Assembly (NCBI GenBank): GCA_963695855.1
Contig: CAVOHZ010000003.1
Span: 256,001-320,000 of the forward strand
Direction of reading: 5' to 3'
Length of the DNA stretch: 64,000 nucleotides
Origin: an uncultured Nitrososphaerales archaeon
GTDB lineage: Archaea; Thermoproteota; Nitrososphaeria; Nitrososphaerales; Nitrososphaeraceae
The notes beneath the pieces were generated by a model, which worked only from the letters and a program-made list of their open reading frames with translations, did no database searches and was not told where the DNA came from. A program made the position numbers and the translations under genes. Shown here piece by piece: positions 23,093 through 34,314 of this stretch (its first letter is position 1; each line of letters starts with the position of its first letter).

Positions 23093-23575
23093 ATGGAAGA
23101 GAAAGAAATAGAAAAAAAATTAGACAACCAGAATGATAAAAATAATGATAATAATGATTCTGATACAAATTCTGTTAAGAATAAAATTACATATAAATCT
23201 GCGAAATTAGAGATCAATGATAAAGGCTCCTTCATAACTGGTAAAAAATTTAAACCTATTAAAAAATTTAATCAAAAATCAAACAAAAGTTCAATAATTG
23301 TACTTGAAAAAATTATCGATTTTTCTGAATTCTTCATGGGGAAAAAAACATATTTTTGTGGAAATCCAGATTGTGGAGTATTGATCCAGTTTCAAAAAAA
23401 ATCTAACCGTCCTGTAGTATGCCAAATGTGTGGCGAAGGTATAGACTGGGAAGGAGAATTTATTAGAAGAATCAAACTTTGTCCTAAATGCAACGAAGAG
23501 TATTATGGAAATGTAAAGTTTTGTAGTTTTCATTATCCACGTGAAGAATTAATTGAAAAAGAAATACCCAAATGA
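23093..23575 (+). CDS. Multi-zinc-ribbon protein
   Basis: CGNPDCG, CQMCG, CPKCN, CSFH motifs. Confidence 0.75.
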   Translation: MEEKEIEKKLDNQNDKNNDNNDSDTNSVKNKITYKSAKLEINDKGSFITGKKFKPIKKFNQKSNKSSIIVLEKIIDFSEFFMGKKTYFCGNPDCGVLIQFQKKSNRPVVCQMCGEGIDWEGEFIRRIKLCPKCNEEYYGNVKFCSFHYPREELIEKEIPK

Positions 23576-23704
23576 ACAAAAAATAGAGTCATTAAAATAA
23601 TTTCAATTTTTTTATTTGAAAACTAGATTTTATACATTATATTCGATTTTTTGTTTTATCTCATCTAAGATAAATTTAATTGTGATAAGCATTGGAAATA
23701 AAAT

Positions 23705-24148
23705 ATGTCTTACAAATTAATTATAGGCAATAATTTTATATTTAATAGTCCAAAAAGAATATTTTTTATGGATAAAGAAATCTTTTCTATAGGTGAGGAT
23801 AGTAATGGAGCTTATGTAGATTCAGAAATTGTAGATAAAAACGGAAAGAATATTCTAAGTATAAAAAAGAATAAATTAGTTTTTTGTATTGAGGATTTTA
23901 AGATAAAAAAAGATAAAAGAGATCACACATTAGTATTAAATAGTCATGGTGAAATAGTTTTAGAATCCAGAGTTTGTGATAAAAAAACTCTGATTGTTAG
24001 TGGGATATTTACATTAGATGAATTTACTTGTACGATAACCCAAAATTACATTTTATTATCGAATGGAAAAAGAATAATGTACAGCAGAGTTGATTCAGAG
24101 AATAAGAACATATGTGTTGGGGATGACGGAATTAAGGTAATTCAGTAA
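23705..24148 (+). CDS. Hypothetical beta-rich protein
   Basis: 147-aa clean ORF; no recognised motif. Confidence 0.65.
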   Translation: MSYKLIIGNNFIFNSPKRIFFMDKEIFSIGEDSNGAYVDSEIVDKNGKNILSIKKNKLVFCIEDFKIKKDKRDHTLVLNSHGEIVLESRVCDKKTLIVSGIFTLDEFTCTITQNYILLSNGKRIMYSRVDSENKNICVGDDGIKVIQ

Positions 24149-24593
24149 AATTTCTTAGAATAAAGAGTCTCTTATAGTAAAATCTCATAGGATTATATTG
24201 TTATTTAAACACAAATTTTACCAATAATATATGTAAATTTCTTATTATATTCAATCAGATTAGAAATAGTGATATCAAATATCATCTATTAAGAATTGAT
24301 AAATGATTGTCCTAATTCAATCACTGGTAATCTAATAATCTGTCGTTATTACGAAATAAATGAGCGCATAATACTCTAAGAATATTTCCTCTTTACTCAA
24401 GACTTTGCAGATGGCTATAGGATCTTTTAAGACATATCAAGACGATTTAACAAATCAAATTAAAAAACGACATGATCACAGATTACGATAATAAGGAATC
24501 TGTTTCTTCTTCGTTAGTTTGGAATTACTAATCGAAAGATATTATTCCTTTAGCTCGAGGTTGGTTTAAGATATCGAAAACATATGGTATTAT

Positions 24594-26126
24594 TCAAAAA
24601 GGTGAAATTTTTTTGCCAGGATTCATAATATTTGTGGGATCAAATAATGTTTTTACACTTTTAAATATGTTGGTAACTTCTTGTCCATACATTCTGCTTA
24701 TATAATCTACTCGCCCAAATCCGTCACCATGCTCACCTGAAATAGTTCCTGAAAGAGAAAATACACGACTGAAAACTTCATTAGCTATCTTCCTCATTTT
24801 TTCTGCTTGGACAGCATCACTAATATCGATCAATGGCCTCGTATGAATATTGCCATTTCCCGCATGACCATAAAGCACATAATCCATTTTGTATTTTCTA
24901 TAAAGCAGGATTAAGAATTGAAGGAAGTCAAAGAGATCATTTGGGTTAACAACAGTATCCTCTATTAATCCAATAGGTTTTCGACTGCCAACAGTAATTT
25001 TCATTATATTATTGAGGGCCCTCCTTCTAGAATTCCATATACGTTCTGTACTAGTGCTATCAAATGAAGTTTCTATTATTTCTCCATATTTACACAATTC
25101 ATTTTTGCAATTTGAAAAGTTTGTATCCACATCCCCTTGAATATCTCCACTAAACTCTATTATCAATAATGATCCACCCTTATAATAATCAGCTACAAAT
25201 TGAGTATTTTTCAGGAATCTATTTTCGTAATCTATTACAGAACTGTCTAGTAATTCTAATGCAGATGGAGAATATTTTAAAATTCTTGGAACATGTTTAA
25301 CAGCCTTTAAGACATCATCAAATCCGATTACTACAATATATTTATAGATCGGTATATCTAGGATCCTAAATCGTGCTTGTGAAATCAATCCCAATGTTGA
25401 CTCAGAAGCAGCAAATATTTTTTGAGGATTAAAAATATTATCTTCAATGACAGAATCCAGCCTATAACCGCATGAATTTTTTGTCACCTTAGGATATTTT
25501 AATTTTACAAGATGTAAAACATCCTTAGAAAGTAATTCCAGTAATTTTCTTATTTTATAGTAATTATTATTATATTTTCTGAAAGAACTTATTTTAGATG
25601 AACCTAGTAAATTAACCTCTCCATCAGAATATACAACCTGGACCTGTTCCAAAAAGTCGATTGTACTTCCATTCCCTAATGCATGAATTCCACTTGAATT
25701 GTTTGCAATCATTCCACCTAATGTACAATAATTACTGCTTGATGGGTCTACGGGAAGAATTTTGTTAATTTTTTTTAGTTCTTTATCTAGGACTGCTTTT
25801 ACAATTCCTGGCTGTAATATGACATGGTCTTCTTCTACTTCTATTATTTTATTCATATATTTTGTAAAATCCAATAGGATTCCACTAGTAAGCGATTGAC
25901 CTAAAAGACCTGTACCTGCGCCTCTTGCAGTTATTGGTATATCTTTTGAATAGACTTTTTTAACTATTTCAGATATATCCTGAACATCTTTAACACAAAT
26001 TATTGCTTCTGGCGATAATGAATAATGACTTGCATCAACTGAATAAATTTTTCTACTCCAATCGTCTGATAACACTTCTCCTTTTGCTATTTGTCTTAGT
26101 TCATGTGAAATGTTTAGGTTGTGCAA
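24594..26126 (-). CDS. FAD-linked oxidase (GlcD/D-lactate dehydrogenase-like)
   Basis: ARGAGTGLLG, CTLGGMIANNSSG, GHAGNGNIH, GEHGDG, FDPTNIMNPGK. Confidence 0.9.
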   Translation of the reverse strand: MHNLNISHELRQIAKGEVLSDDWSRKIYSVDASHYSLSPEAIICVKDVQDISEIVKKVYSKDIPITARGAGTGLLGQSLTSGILLDFTKYMNKIIEVEEDHVILQPGIVKAVLDKELKKINKILPVDPSSSNYCTLGGMIANNSSGIHALGNGSTIDFLEQVQVVYSDGEVNLLGSSKISSFRKYNNNYYKIRKLLELLSKDVLHLVKLKYPKVTKNSCGYRLDSVIEDNIFNPQKIFAASESTLGLISQARFRILDIPIYKYIVVIGFDDVLKAVKHVPRILKYSPSALELLDSSVIDYENRFLKNTQFVADYYKGGSLLIIEFSGDIQGDVDTNFSNCKNELCKYGEIIETSFDSTSTERIWNSRRRALNNIMKITVGSRKPIGLIEDTVVNPNDLFDFLQFLILLYRKYKMDYVLYGHAGNGNIHTRPLIDISDAVQAEKMRKIANEVFSRVFSLSGTISGEHGDGFGRVDYISRMYGQEVTNIFKSVKTLFDPTNIMNPGKKISPF

Positions 26127-26687
26127 TCTAGTATAGATATAGAACGATCTAATCTATAAATTATGTTAAAAACTTTCATAAATCTAATCAAATCTGGATT
26201 TTATATAAAGAACAAAATGAAAAATAGCCATATTTCAATTAAATATTCTTAAAAATAGACAAATTTAATGCATTGTTATTTAGTAATTAAAGATTATTTT
26301 AATCCAATAATTGTGGTATTATTTAACATGTAATGAATATAAGGATGTAAAACAGATCCACTAATATACTTGTAAATTGAATGATCGATAACTTTTTAAA
26401 AATTATATAAGTTTTGAAATTTTATATACAGACAGTACATATAAGTATCTTTTAGATTTCTTTACTTGTTGGTACGATATAAAATCGTTAGATTGAGTCT
26501 GATATTAATTAACAGTAAAATAATAATAATTTAATGAATTAGATTCAAATTGAGATCTATTGTTAATCGTATAGTATATTTTTCTATTACACCTTAACAA
26601 TCAAATATAACTATCAATATTATCCTAAAAAAGTATTCTAAAAGAAAACCCGAATATTCAATCATACGGTTTAAGTTTGAAATTAAT

Positions 26688-26909
26688 ATGATTTATTTAA
26701 TGAGGATTAAATACAATAAAAACAAACGAAAGGTTTTTGACAAATATTTGTATGGCTGTCCTTGTTGTCATTTATCTAGATATGTAGTATTAAGTCAAGA
26801 AATACAAGATCCCGCCTATCACAAATATGAATTATATTGTCATGGCTGCAATGTAGTTTTTTCGCCCATGCACGCAGTTTTACCATTTGAGTTCAACAAA
26901 GACAATTAA
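26688..26909 (+). CDS. Small putative metal-binding protein
   Basis: GCPCCH and CHGC motifs in a 73-aa ORF. Confidence 0.55.
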   Translation: MIYLMRIKYNKNKRKVFDKYLYGCPCCHLSRYVVLSQEIQDPAYHKYELYCHGCNVVFSPMHAVLPFEFNKDN

Positions 26910-26978
26910 TCCATATTTTTTTAAGAGCTTATTGCTCTAAATTTTAGTAAAATAAATATTTTATAGTTTTAACTTATA

Positions 26979-27137
26979 TCATTTATTTTTCTTTCTTTTG
27001 TTCAACTGAAGTACCAAATAAGCAGCTCCTCCCCAAAGTAGAAGCGCAAAGAGATGTTGTTGAAAAAACCATGCTACACCTCCAACTACAGCTAATACCA
27101 TTCCCGTAATACCCATGATTTTCTTATTTTTTATCAA
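26979..27137 (-). CDS. Small 2-TM membrane protein (52 aa; not in ORF track)
   Basis: Reads (M)IKNKKIMGITGMVLAVVGGVAWFFQQHLFALLLWGGAAYLVLQLNKRKKNK*, with a TTG start and positive-inside ends. Confidence 0.65.
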   Translation of the reverse strand: MIKNKKIMGITGMVLAVVGGVAWFFQQHLFALLLWGGAAYLVLQLNKRKKNK

Positions 27138-27233
27138 TTCAATTCTAATAGCATATATTAAATATTAATATACATTTCAAAGTAGTACAAATAGACTGGA
27201 TAATGAATGAAATCATATTAAATAAAAAGAGAG

Positions 27234-28682
27234 TTATATAATAGAATCACTATAAAACCACATGGGGAATCGGTTTCCAAATGTATCACTTTTTTCAATA
27301 TAGTGTCCAAATGACAAGAGTTTTAGATCATCCAAGGGTCTACCTATTAATTGCAAACCTATAGGCATTTTGGTATACCTATTAAAATATAATGGAAGGC
27401 TTAGCGCAGGAAAACCCAAACTATTAAACAGAAATGTATTTCTAAGTAAAGCGTCTCTAATTTCTATTATATTATTTTCAATTCTAACTGTTGTATTATC
27501 TATTTTAGGGGCAGAAATTGTTGTTGTTGGAGTAATCAAAAAATCTAATTTGTTAAAAAAATTTAAAAAATAACGCCTAATTTTGATAACTGTATTAAGT
27601 GATTGATAATATTTTTTCCTTGAAATTACTTTTCCTCTTAACAACATATCCCTAACTTCTGGACTATATGACATTAAAAAATCATTCATTAATTTGGCGT
27701 GAACTCGTGATGATTCGTAGAGTCTAATTGTCTTCCAGCTTTCATAAAATGAATTCATTATTTCATTCATATCAACTTCACAAATTTTTATATTAGAAGA
27801 AGCCAATCCTTTGATAAATTTGGTAAATGTTCTTTTAACCTCCGATTCTAAAAATTCTGTAAAATATTTTTTTGCAACTCCTAGAATAATTATTTTTTTT
27901 GTAAAATTAAAGTCACGATTATGATAGATGTGACCAAATGAAGCAGAAATATTTTTATTATATCCTGTAAATTTTTTATTTCTTAAAACATCAAATATAA
28001 AAAATGAATCCAATGAACTTCTGGTAATGATTCCAACGTGATCAAGTGAAGGAGCTGAGATCAAAAATTCCTCTCATGCTTATCACGCCATACGTAGGTT
28101 TAAATCCAACGACACTACAAAGAGACGCTGGTACTCGCACAGACCCGCCAGTATCTGTGCCTATTGAAAATGGCACAAGACCTGCCGAAACTGCTACGGC
28201 AGACCCACCGCTTGAACCACCAGAGATTCTACTAACGTCCCATGGATTTTTTGTATTTCCAAAAAAAATATTTTTACCGTCAATACCGGAAGCAAATTCA
28301 TTTAAATTGTTTGTCCCCAACAGGATGGCTCCAGCTTTTCTTAGTCTCTTAACCACTGTAGAATCACTGGTGGAAATATTATTTGAAAATATTAGTGATC
28401 CTTTGGTTGATCTTATATCTTTCGCAGAAATATTATCTTTTATTGAAAATGGAATCCCATGTAATGGTCCCAAATAATTCCCTTTTCTAAGTTCATTTTC
28501 CATAACATAAGCATCCTCTAATGCTTGTTCTTTTCTGATCGTAATAAAAGAATTTAATATCGGATTAAATTTTTCAATCCTAGCAACATAATATTTTACT
28601 AATTCTACTACTGATATATTTCCAAATTTGATCGCTTCAGCGAGGTTTTCGATAGTTGAGATCGCGTTAAATTTTTATTCAT
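27234..28682 (-). pseudogene. Amidase-signature family enzyme with two single-base frameshifts
   Basis: GPLHGIPFSIKD, GGSSGGSA, GTDTGGSVRVPA, then SLDHVG...PALSLP...PIGLQLIG in another frame. Breaks in an A5 run near 28675 and a T5 run near 28066 (coding strand). Confidence 0.85.
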
Positions 28683-28771
28683 CTCTGATTATCTAGAGAT
28701 AAATTATAACTTTACTGTTGTTTCAAAATTAAGTAAAAAAAGAGAGGTAGTAAAATAAGAGAATGAAGTGG

Positions 28772-31237
28772 TCAGGATGTTTTTAGTACTGATGAGATTG
28801 CCAAACTATTTCCTAAACTGAAATCAATTGTCTTTTTTGATTTATTATATAGAGCAATCGCATTTATAGCACTTATTGTCTCATCGTTGCCGGTAATTGG
28901 ATCTTGGCCATCCATGGTATCATCAAAGTTTACAACATATAATGCGTTATCTTTGCTCAAACTCTGTATTTTATTCATCTCTACTAATATGCCCGAATGA
29001 TGACCGCCAGATTTAGATATATGCATCATTACAAATTCTAGGTTAGGATTATCTGGTAGATTCAATGTGGCGCGACCATCCTTTACTTCACATGGATAGA
29101 AATCACCTAATAGAACAGGCGTTTTTGGTCCTATCTTTCCAGTCAATGGAATGGAACTTGTCTGTGTTAAGCATTTACTACTTTTGTATTTGATTATTTT
29201 TTTAGTATGATAATGGTGATGGTCATCATCATGGTCATCATCATGATCATCATCATGATCATCATAATAATAATAATTCTTGTCTCCATCATGGTCATCA
29301 TAATAATAATGCCTGTCTCCATGATCATCGTAATTCTTAATATCATTGAATATTATATCATCAAATTTCTTACCTGCCAGCTGAATAATTGTTGGAGCAA
29401 AGATTTGTTTTACATTTTTTCCTTGGGCAATTTGAGTATTAAATGTTTGTGCAATTTGTTGTATTGTTTTATCGTCTATTTCGCCCGTTGCTTTCATACC
29501 GGCGAGGGCTTCTAGTGACTGACTTACCTCGCCTCCAGGATTAGTTAATATCTCTTTATTCAGTAAATCTTTCAGCTCGTTTGCTTCTCCACCCAATGCC
29601 GCTTGTCCGGAGATTTCTTGTGCTACCTGCTCAACTTTTCCCTCGTTAACTTCAGCTTCTTGTATAATTTCTTGTCCAGACTTTTGTTCTGCTTCTTGAA
29701 CACCAGGGCCTGCAAATTGAGATGAGTCTTGACCGGATAGTTGAGTGGATTCTCCATCATTAACGTCAGACTCTTGGGTAGTTTCTTGTCCAGACTTTTG
29801 TTCTGCTTCTTGAACACCAGGGCCTGCAAATTGAGATGAGTCTTGACCGGATAGTTGAGTGGATTCTCCATCATTAACGTCAGACTCTTGGGTAGTTTCT
29901 TGTCCAGACTTTTGTTCTGCTTCTTGAACACCAGGGCCTGCAAATTGAGATGAGTCTTGACCGGATAGTTGAGTGGATTCTCCATCATTAACGTCAGACT
30001 CTTGATCTGACTTCTGTTTGGATTTTACGTCAGCGTCACCATCTTCGGTAGAAGCTTCTTGTTGAGATCCTTGAAAGACGTCTTGGAAGGATTCTCCATC
30101 ATTAACGTCAGACTCTTGATCTGACTTCTGTTTGGATTTTACGTCAGCGTCACCATCTTCGGTAGAAGCTTCTTGTTGAGATCCTTGAAAGACGTCTTGG
30201 AAGGATTCTCCATCATTAACGTCAGACTCTTGATCTGACTTCTGTTTGGATTTTACGTCAGCGTCACCATCTTCGGTAGAAGCTTCTTGTTGAGATCCTT
30301 GAAAGACGTCTTGGAAGGATTCTCCATCATTAACGTCAGACTCTTGATCTGACTTCTGTTTGGATTTTAAGTCAGCGTCACCATCTTCGGTAGAAGCTTC
30401 TTGTTGAGATCCTTGAAAGACGTCTTGGAAAGATTCTCCATCCTTAACGTCAGACTCTTGATCTGATTTCTGTTTGGATTTTACGTCAGTCTCACCGTCT
30501 TTGCTAGAAGCAAGGTTAAAAATTTCACTAAGAGCCGATCCCGACTCACTTTTTTGTTCTGATTTGAAATCTGATTTTAGAAATTCGTTATTATCCTTTG
30601 AATCTTTTGCTTTATCCGAGTCAGAATCCTGTCCTAGTTCTTGGCCTTCAAACCCAGAACTAAATTGTTCGTCAGATTGAAACCCTTGTCCCTCATCATC
30701 GAAATTAGAATTTCTGTTGTCAGAATCAGAACCAAATCCACTATTAGGTTGAAAATCATTAGAAATCTCGATTCCAGAGTTGGAACCTGAATCGTCGCTG
30801 CCAAAGTCAAAATTTGAATGTGCGCTGCCACCATCGCTGCCACCATCGCTGCCACCATCGCTGCCACCATCGCTGCCACCATCGCTGCCACCATCGCTGC
30901 CACCATCGCTGCCACCATCGCTGCCACCATCGCTGCCACCATCGCTGCCACCATCGCTGCCACCATCGCTGCCACCATCGCTGCCACCATCGCTGCCACC
31001 ATCGCTGCCACCATCGCTGCCACCAGAGTCAGAAGCTGAATCACCATCAGACTCGGCATTAGCTGCCTCAATTAGGGAATTATCCTTGTTAATTGAATAC
31101 AATTCTAATCCAAATTGCATCTGTGAAGGGTATGCTGTAATCATCATGATACAAAGTATACCAAAGAAAATTGTCATTCCATTCTTTTTGGATATTTCAT
31201 AGTTAAGCGTCATTATTAAAAAAATAGTATAAAACAT
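28772..31237 (-). CDS. Large secreted repeat protein (SDGG repeats, 38-aa Gln/Ser-rich repeats, His/Asp tract, C-terminal globular domain)
   Basis: N-terminal hydrophobic segment, (SDGG)16, two classes of 38-aa repeats, HDDD tract, and a C-terminal domain with two Cys. Confidence 0.88.
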   Translation of the reverse strand: MFYTIFLIMTLNYEISKKNGMTIFFGILCIMMITAYPSQMQFGLELYSINKDNSLIEAANAESDGDSASDSGGSDGGSDGGSDGGSDGGSDGGSDGGSDGGSDGGSDGGSDGGSDGGSDGGSDGGSDGGSDGGSDGGSAHSNFDFGSDDSGSNSGIEISNDFQPNSGFGSDSDNRNSNFDDEGQGFQSDEQFSSGFEGQELGQDSDSDKAKDSKDNNEFLKSDFKSEQKSESGSALSEIFNLASSKDGETDVKSKQKSDQESDVKDGESFQDVFQGSQQEASTEDGDADLKSKQKSDQESDVNDGESFQDVFQGSQQEASTEDGDADVKSKQKSDQESDVNDGESFQDVFQGSQQEASTEDGDADVKSKQKSDQESDVNDGESFQDVFQGSQQEASTEDGDADVKSKQKSDQESDVNDGESTQLSGQDSSQFAGPGVQEAEQKSGQETTQESDVNDGESTQLSGQDSSQFAGPGVQEAEQKSGQETTQESDVNDGESTQLSGQDSSQFAGPGVQEAEQKSGQEIIQEAEVNEGKVEQVAQEISGQAALGGEANELKDLLNKEILTNPGGEVSQSLEALAGMKATGEIDDKTIQQIAQTFNTQIAQGKNVKQIFAPTIIQLAGKKFDDIIFNDIKNYDDHGDRHYYYDDHDGDKNYYYYDDHDDDHDDDHDDDHHHYHTKKIIKYKSSKCLTQTSSIPLTGKIGPKTPVLLGDFYPCEVKDGRATLNLPDNPNLEFVMMHISKSGGHHSGILVEMNKIQSLSKDNALYVVNFDDTMDGQDPITGNDETISAINAIALYNKSKKTIDFSLGNSLAISSVLKTS
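29660..30490. repeat. 114-bp tandem repeats of two related types (4 + 3 copies)
   Basis: Encode KSKQKSDQESDVNDGESFQDVFQGSQQEASTEDGDADV and QESDVNDGESTQLSGQDSSQFAGPGVQEAEQKSGQETT. Boundaries approximate. Confidence 0.92.
30824..31025. repeat. 12-bp perfect tandem repeat x16 (gctgccaccatc; SDGG)
   Basis: 16 full units plus a partial unit, counted directly. Confidence 0.97.
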
Positions 31238-31457
31238 CTATTAAATACCTTTTAGATATTATTTTAGGGAATAATATTCTAATCAAAATATATATAACAT
31301 TACTTTAAATGATTATCACTAAAAATCTCCAGAAATTTATTCCTATGAAAATAGATAAACTCAATTATAGTTTAAAAATAACTCTGGTTTTCCTATTTCA
31401 ATATTTTTAATGTAAATCAATATGATGGTATTTTTAAGTACATTCAATTTTCCATCA

Positions 31458-32360
31458 TTAAACATTTTCGTATTTTATTAAATTATAGTTATACGAAGCG
31501 TTTTGTTCTATATGTTTATATAAAGGTATTTTCTCAGTTCCATTCTTATTTGTCTTTAGAGATGCCATCAATGCGCCTACACCGAAACTCAAAGCCCATA
31601 AGTAATCATTTTCTTTGACATAAGAACAAGTAAATGCAGAAGATAAAATATCACCTGCACCAGTGGAGTCTTTAGTCCTGACATTATCAATACTAAGCCA
31701 ATAATGTTTATCATTATGTAACATATGAACAGTTTTATTCTCGGTGAAAATTAGAAAATTTATTTTATTTTTTAATTTCCATTTTTGTGCTTCAATAAAA
31801 TCTGTAGTTCCAGAAATACACTCAAGCTCATGTGGATCTAATTTTATTGCATCGATATCTTGAAGAGAAAAATCTAATCCTTTTCTGGTTAAAATCCTTC
31901 CCCCACTACCAATATAACGTGTGTATCCTTGAGGGTCTAGCATTACAAAATTATCATCTTTATGAATGATGTAATTCAAAACTTCTTCTGGAACTTCATC
32001 CAATATTGGACTTACAAGCCAACAATCCGTTTTGATATTTTCAACATCAGATAATGAAATAGAATCACCTTTTGCATATAAGGATATTTCTCTACCTTTT
32101 TCAATAATTTTTATAGTGAATCTAGTGGTAGGTTTTTCAGAAAAAATATTTTTATGCATGTCAAGATCATTTTCTTTAAAAAATGATAGATGTTTGCCTT
32201 TGAGGTCTTTTCCGAACTTAGTAACTAGTTCAACTTTAAACCCAAATTGTTTGGCTGTAAGGCCACAATAGCATGGAGGTCCTCCCAGACTGTCAATAAT
32301 TTGTCCATCTTGATTAATTATCCTATCCAAGGCAATATTTGAGATTATTGTTATCTTCAT
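31458..32360 (-). CDS. PfkB-family carbohydrate/nucleoside kinase
   Basis: LGGPPCY, MLDPQGY.R, DSTGAGD signature. Confidence 0.88.
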   Translation of the reverse strand: MKITIISNIALDRIINQDGQIIDSLGGPPCYCGLTAKQFGFKVELVTKFGKDLKGKHLSFFKENDLDMHKNIFSEKPTTRFTIKIIEKGREISLYAKGDSISLSDVENIKTDCWLVSPILDEVPEEVLNYIIHKDDNFVMLDPQGYTRYIGSGGRILTRKGLDFSLQDIDAIKLDPHELECISGTTDFIEAQKWKLKNKINFLIFTENKTVHMLHNDKHYWLSIDNVRTKDSTGAGDILSSAFTCSYVKENDYLWALSFGVGALMASLKTNKNGTEKIPLYKHIEQNASYNYNLIKYENV

Positions 32361-32630
32361 AATTACAATTTCCTAATATTCTTTTAATGTTAATATTAAC
32401 CTATATTATTAGCATGGTAGTAAAAATAGTAATTACAAGATTCATAGATATAATCAATATGAATGATATCCAATTTAGAAGGTAGAGAATTTAAATTTTA
32501 TAATTATTTAGACACATTTAAAAGAATAGATATAACGTAAATTACTCAAAATAATGTTCAATAAATAAATAGATATTTGATTTATAAATAATAAATAAAT
32601 ACAATGAATCATTATATATAAACAGATTAA

Positions 32631-33023
32631 ATGGTGGATAATATTTTTGAAGAATTTTATGATAAAAAATATATTAATTTACAAACCTTTAAAAAGAATG
32701 GAAAAATAGTTTCTACTCCCGTCTGGTTTGTATTAATAAACAATGAAATACTTTTTAGATCTGATAGAAATTCTGGAAAGGTCAAGAGAATTAGGAACAA
32801 TAACAATGTAAAGTTATCGATTTGCGACATTAGGGGAAATATCAAAGGACAAACATATACAGGAATAGCGAATTTTCAAGATAAATCTAGATATAAAGAG
32901 ATCAATTCTTTATTTGACAAAAAATATAGTTTAATGTCACCAATACTAAAAATTGTCTACAAGTTGAGAAAAATTAATCTTGTAATATTGTCCATAACCT
33001 TGGATATTAATCTCAGTAAATAA
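32631..33023 (+). CDS. PPOX-class F420-dependent oxidoreductase
   Basis: YINLQTFKKNG..VSTPVWF...SGKVKRIRNN..V...CDIRG. Confidence 0.88.
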   Translation: MVDNIFEEFYDKKYINLQTFKKNGKIVSTPVWFVLINNEILFRSDRNSGKVKRIRNNNNVKLSICDIRGNIKGQTYTGIANFQDKSRYKEINSLFDKKYSLMSPILKIVYKLRKINLVILSITLDINLSK

Positions 33024-33190
33024 TTCATTTTAAAACTATTTGACATACGGAATTAATTGCTAAATCATTAAATGAATAGGACTGGTGTTATTATATTACA
33101 AATTAATTAAAGAGAAATTGGGTACGTCTCATACATTAAAGAGAAAGGATGTCTATTAAATTTTATATCCTAAATTTATGTATTTATTAA

Positions 33191-34141
33191 CTATAGTCTG
33201 GTTAGACTTCTATCATCTTGAAGTTCGACATATATTTTAGATGGATTAACATAAGGAATAACTTCTATTACCTTCTGTTCAATCTTGTCAATTAGAATTT
33301 CAATATTATCAGTTAGCAGGTTATCCACTATGCTTACTTCTATAGCGACTATAACATCTTCAGGACCTAGATGCATAGTACGCATAGTAATAACTCTATT
33401 TACCTCAGATAAAGTCAAGATCGATTTTATAATTCTGTTAGAGTCCTTTTTTGAGATGGCTTCTCCAATAAGTAAGGCTTTATTCTCTTTTGCAAGAAAG
33501 AACGCGAAGCCCATCAATACGAAACCAATTATTAATGAACTAATTGAGTCATATAATACGTTTCCTGTTAAATGAGATAGTGAAATTCCTATTGCGGCAA
33601 TAGCAATACCTAACAACGCTGCAGAATCTTCCACTAAAACAGTAAGGATGGTAGGATCCTTACTTTCGCGAAATTCATTCAGAATTGTTTTAATCGTTAA
33701 TTTTTGTCCACGGGCATGTATATTTTTACTAAAAATAACAAAGGCTATTCTTAGAGCGTTTGATTCAAAAATAGCTGAAATGGCCAAAATGATATAATTA
33801 ATTTCTATATTTTCTATTATGTGAGGTTTACCTAGTAAACTCTCTAATCCTTGTTGAAGAGATAAAACGCCAGATATACCAAAGATCATTGTGGACACAA
33901 GAAATGACCAAAAAAATTGTTCTTTACCATATCCAAAAGGATGTCGTTCGCTTGCTGGTCTAGAACTGCTCTTAATGCCAATTAAGAGCAAGACTTGATT
34001 AATTGTATCTGAGAAGGAATGATAAGTCTCCGCCCACATGGCACTGCTTCCAGTAAAAAGTGCTGCTAGGAGTTTTGCTATGGCGATGCCGAGGTTGCCT
34101 AATAATGCAGCATATACAGCCTTCTTAGATTTTACAACCAA
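33191..34141 (-). CDS. Cation diffusion facilitator (H..D / ED type)
   Basis: AETYHSFSDT, HPFGYGKE, VLVEDSAAL, C-terminal dimerisation domain. Confidence 0.92.
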   Translation of the reverse strand: MVVKSKKAVYAALLGNLGIAIAKLLAALFTGSSAMWAETYHSFSDTINQVLLLIGIKSSSRPASERHPFGYGKEQFFWSFLVSTMIFGISGVLSLQQGLESLLGKPHIIENIEINYIILAISAIFESNALRIAFVIFSKNIHARGQKLTIKTILNEFRESKDPTILTVLVEDSAALLGIAIAAIGISLSHLTGNVLYDSISSLIIGFVLMGFAFFLAKENKALLIGEAISKKDSNRIIKSILTLSEVNRVITMRTMHLGPEDVIVAIEVSIVDNLLTDNIEILIDKIEQKVIEVIPYVNPSKIYVELQDDRSLTRL

Positions 34142-34314
34142 TTATTAAATTAAATAATATTAACTAAACTAGATAATTAACGTTTTTGAATATTCAATTA
34201 AAGTAGATTTTTAAGAACAGATAATGAATTTAATCTATTGTAAAAATTATTTGTATCAAATAAAAGGCGCGATATGTACAGAATCTACATATCTAGTAAA
34301 ATCTCTTCTAGTGT

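Noticed and set aside
30634-31202. ORFs with MVAA, LPPS, RCHH and ATIA repeats
   Set aside because: Alternative frames of the 12-bp SDGG repeat inside the 821-aa gene.
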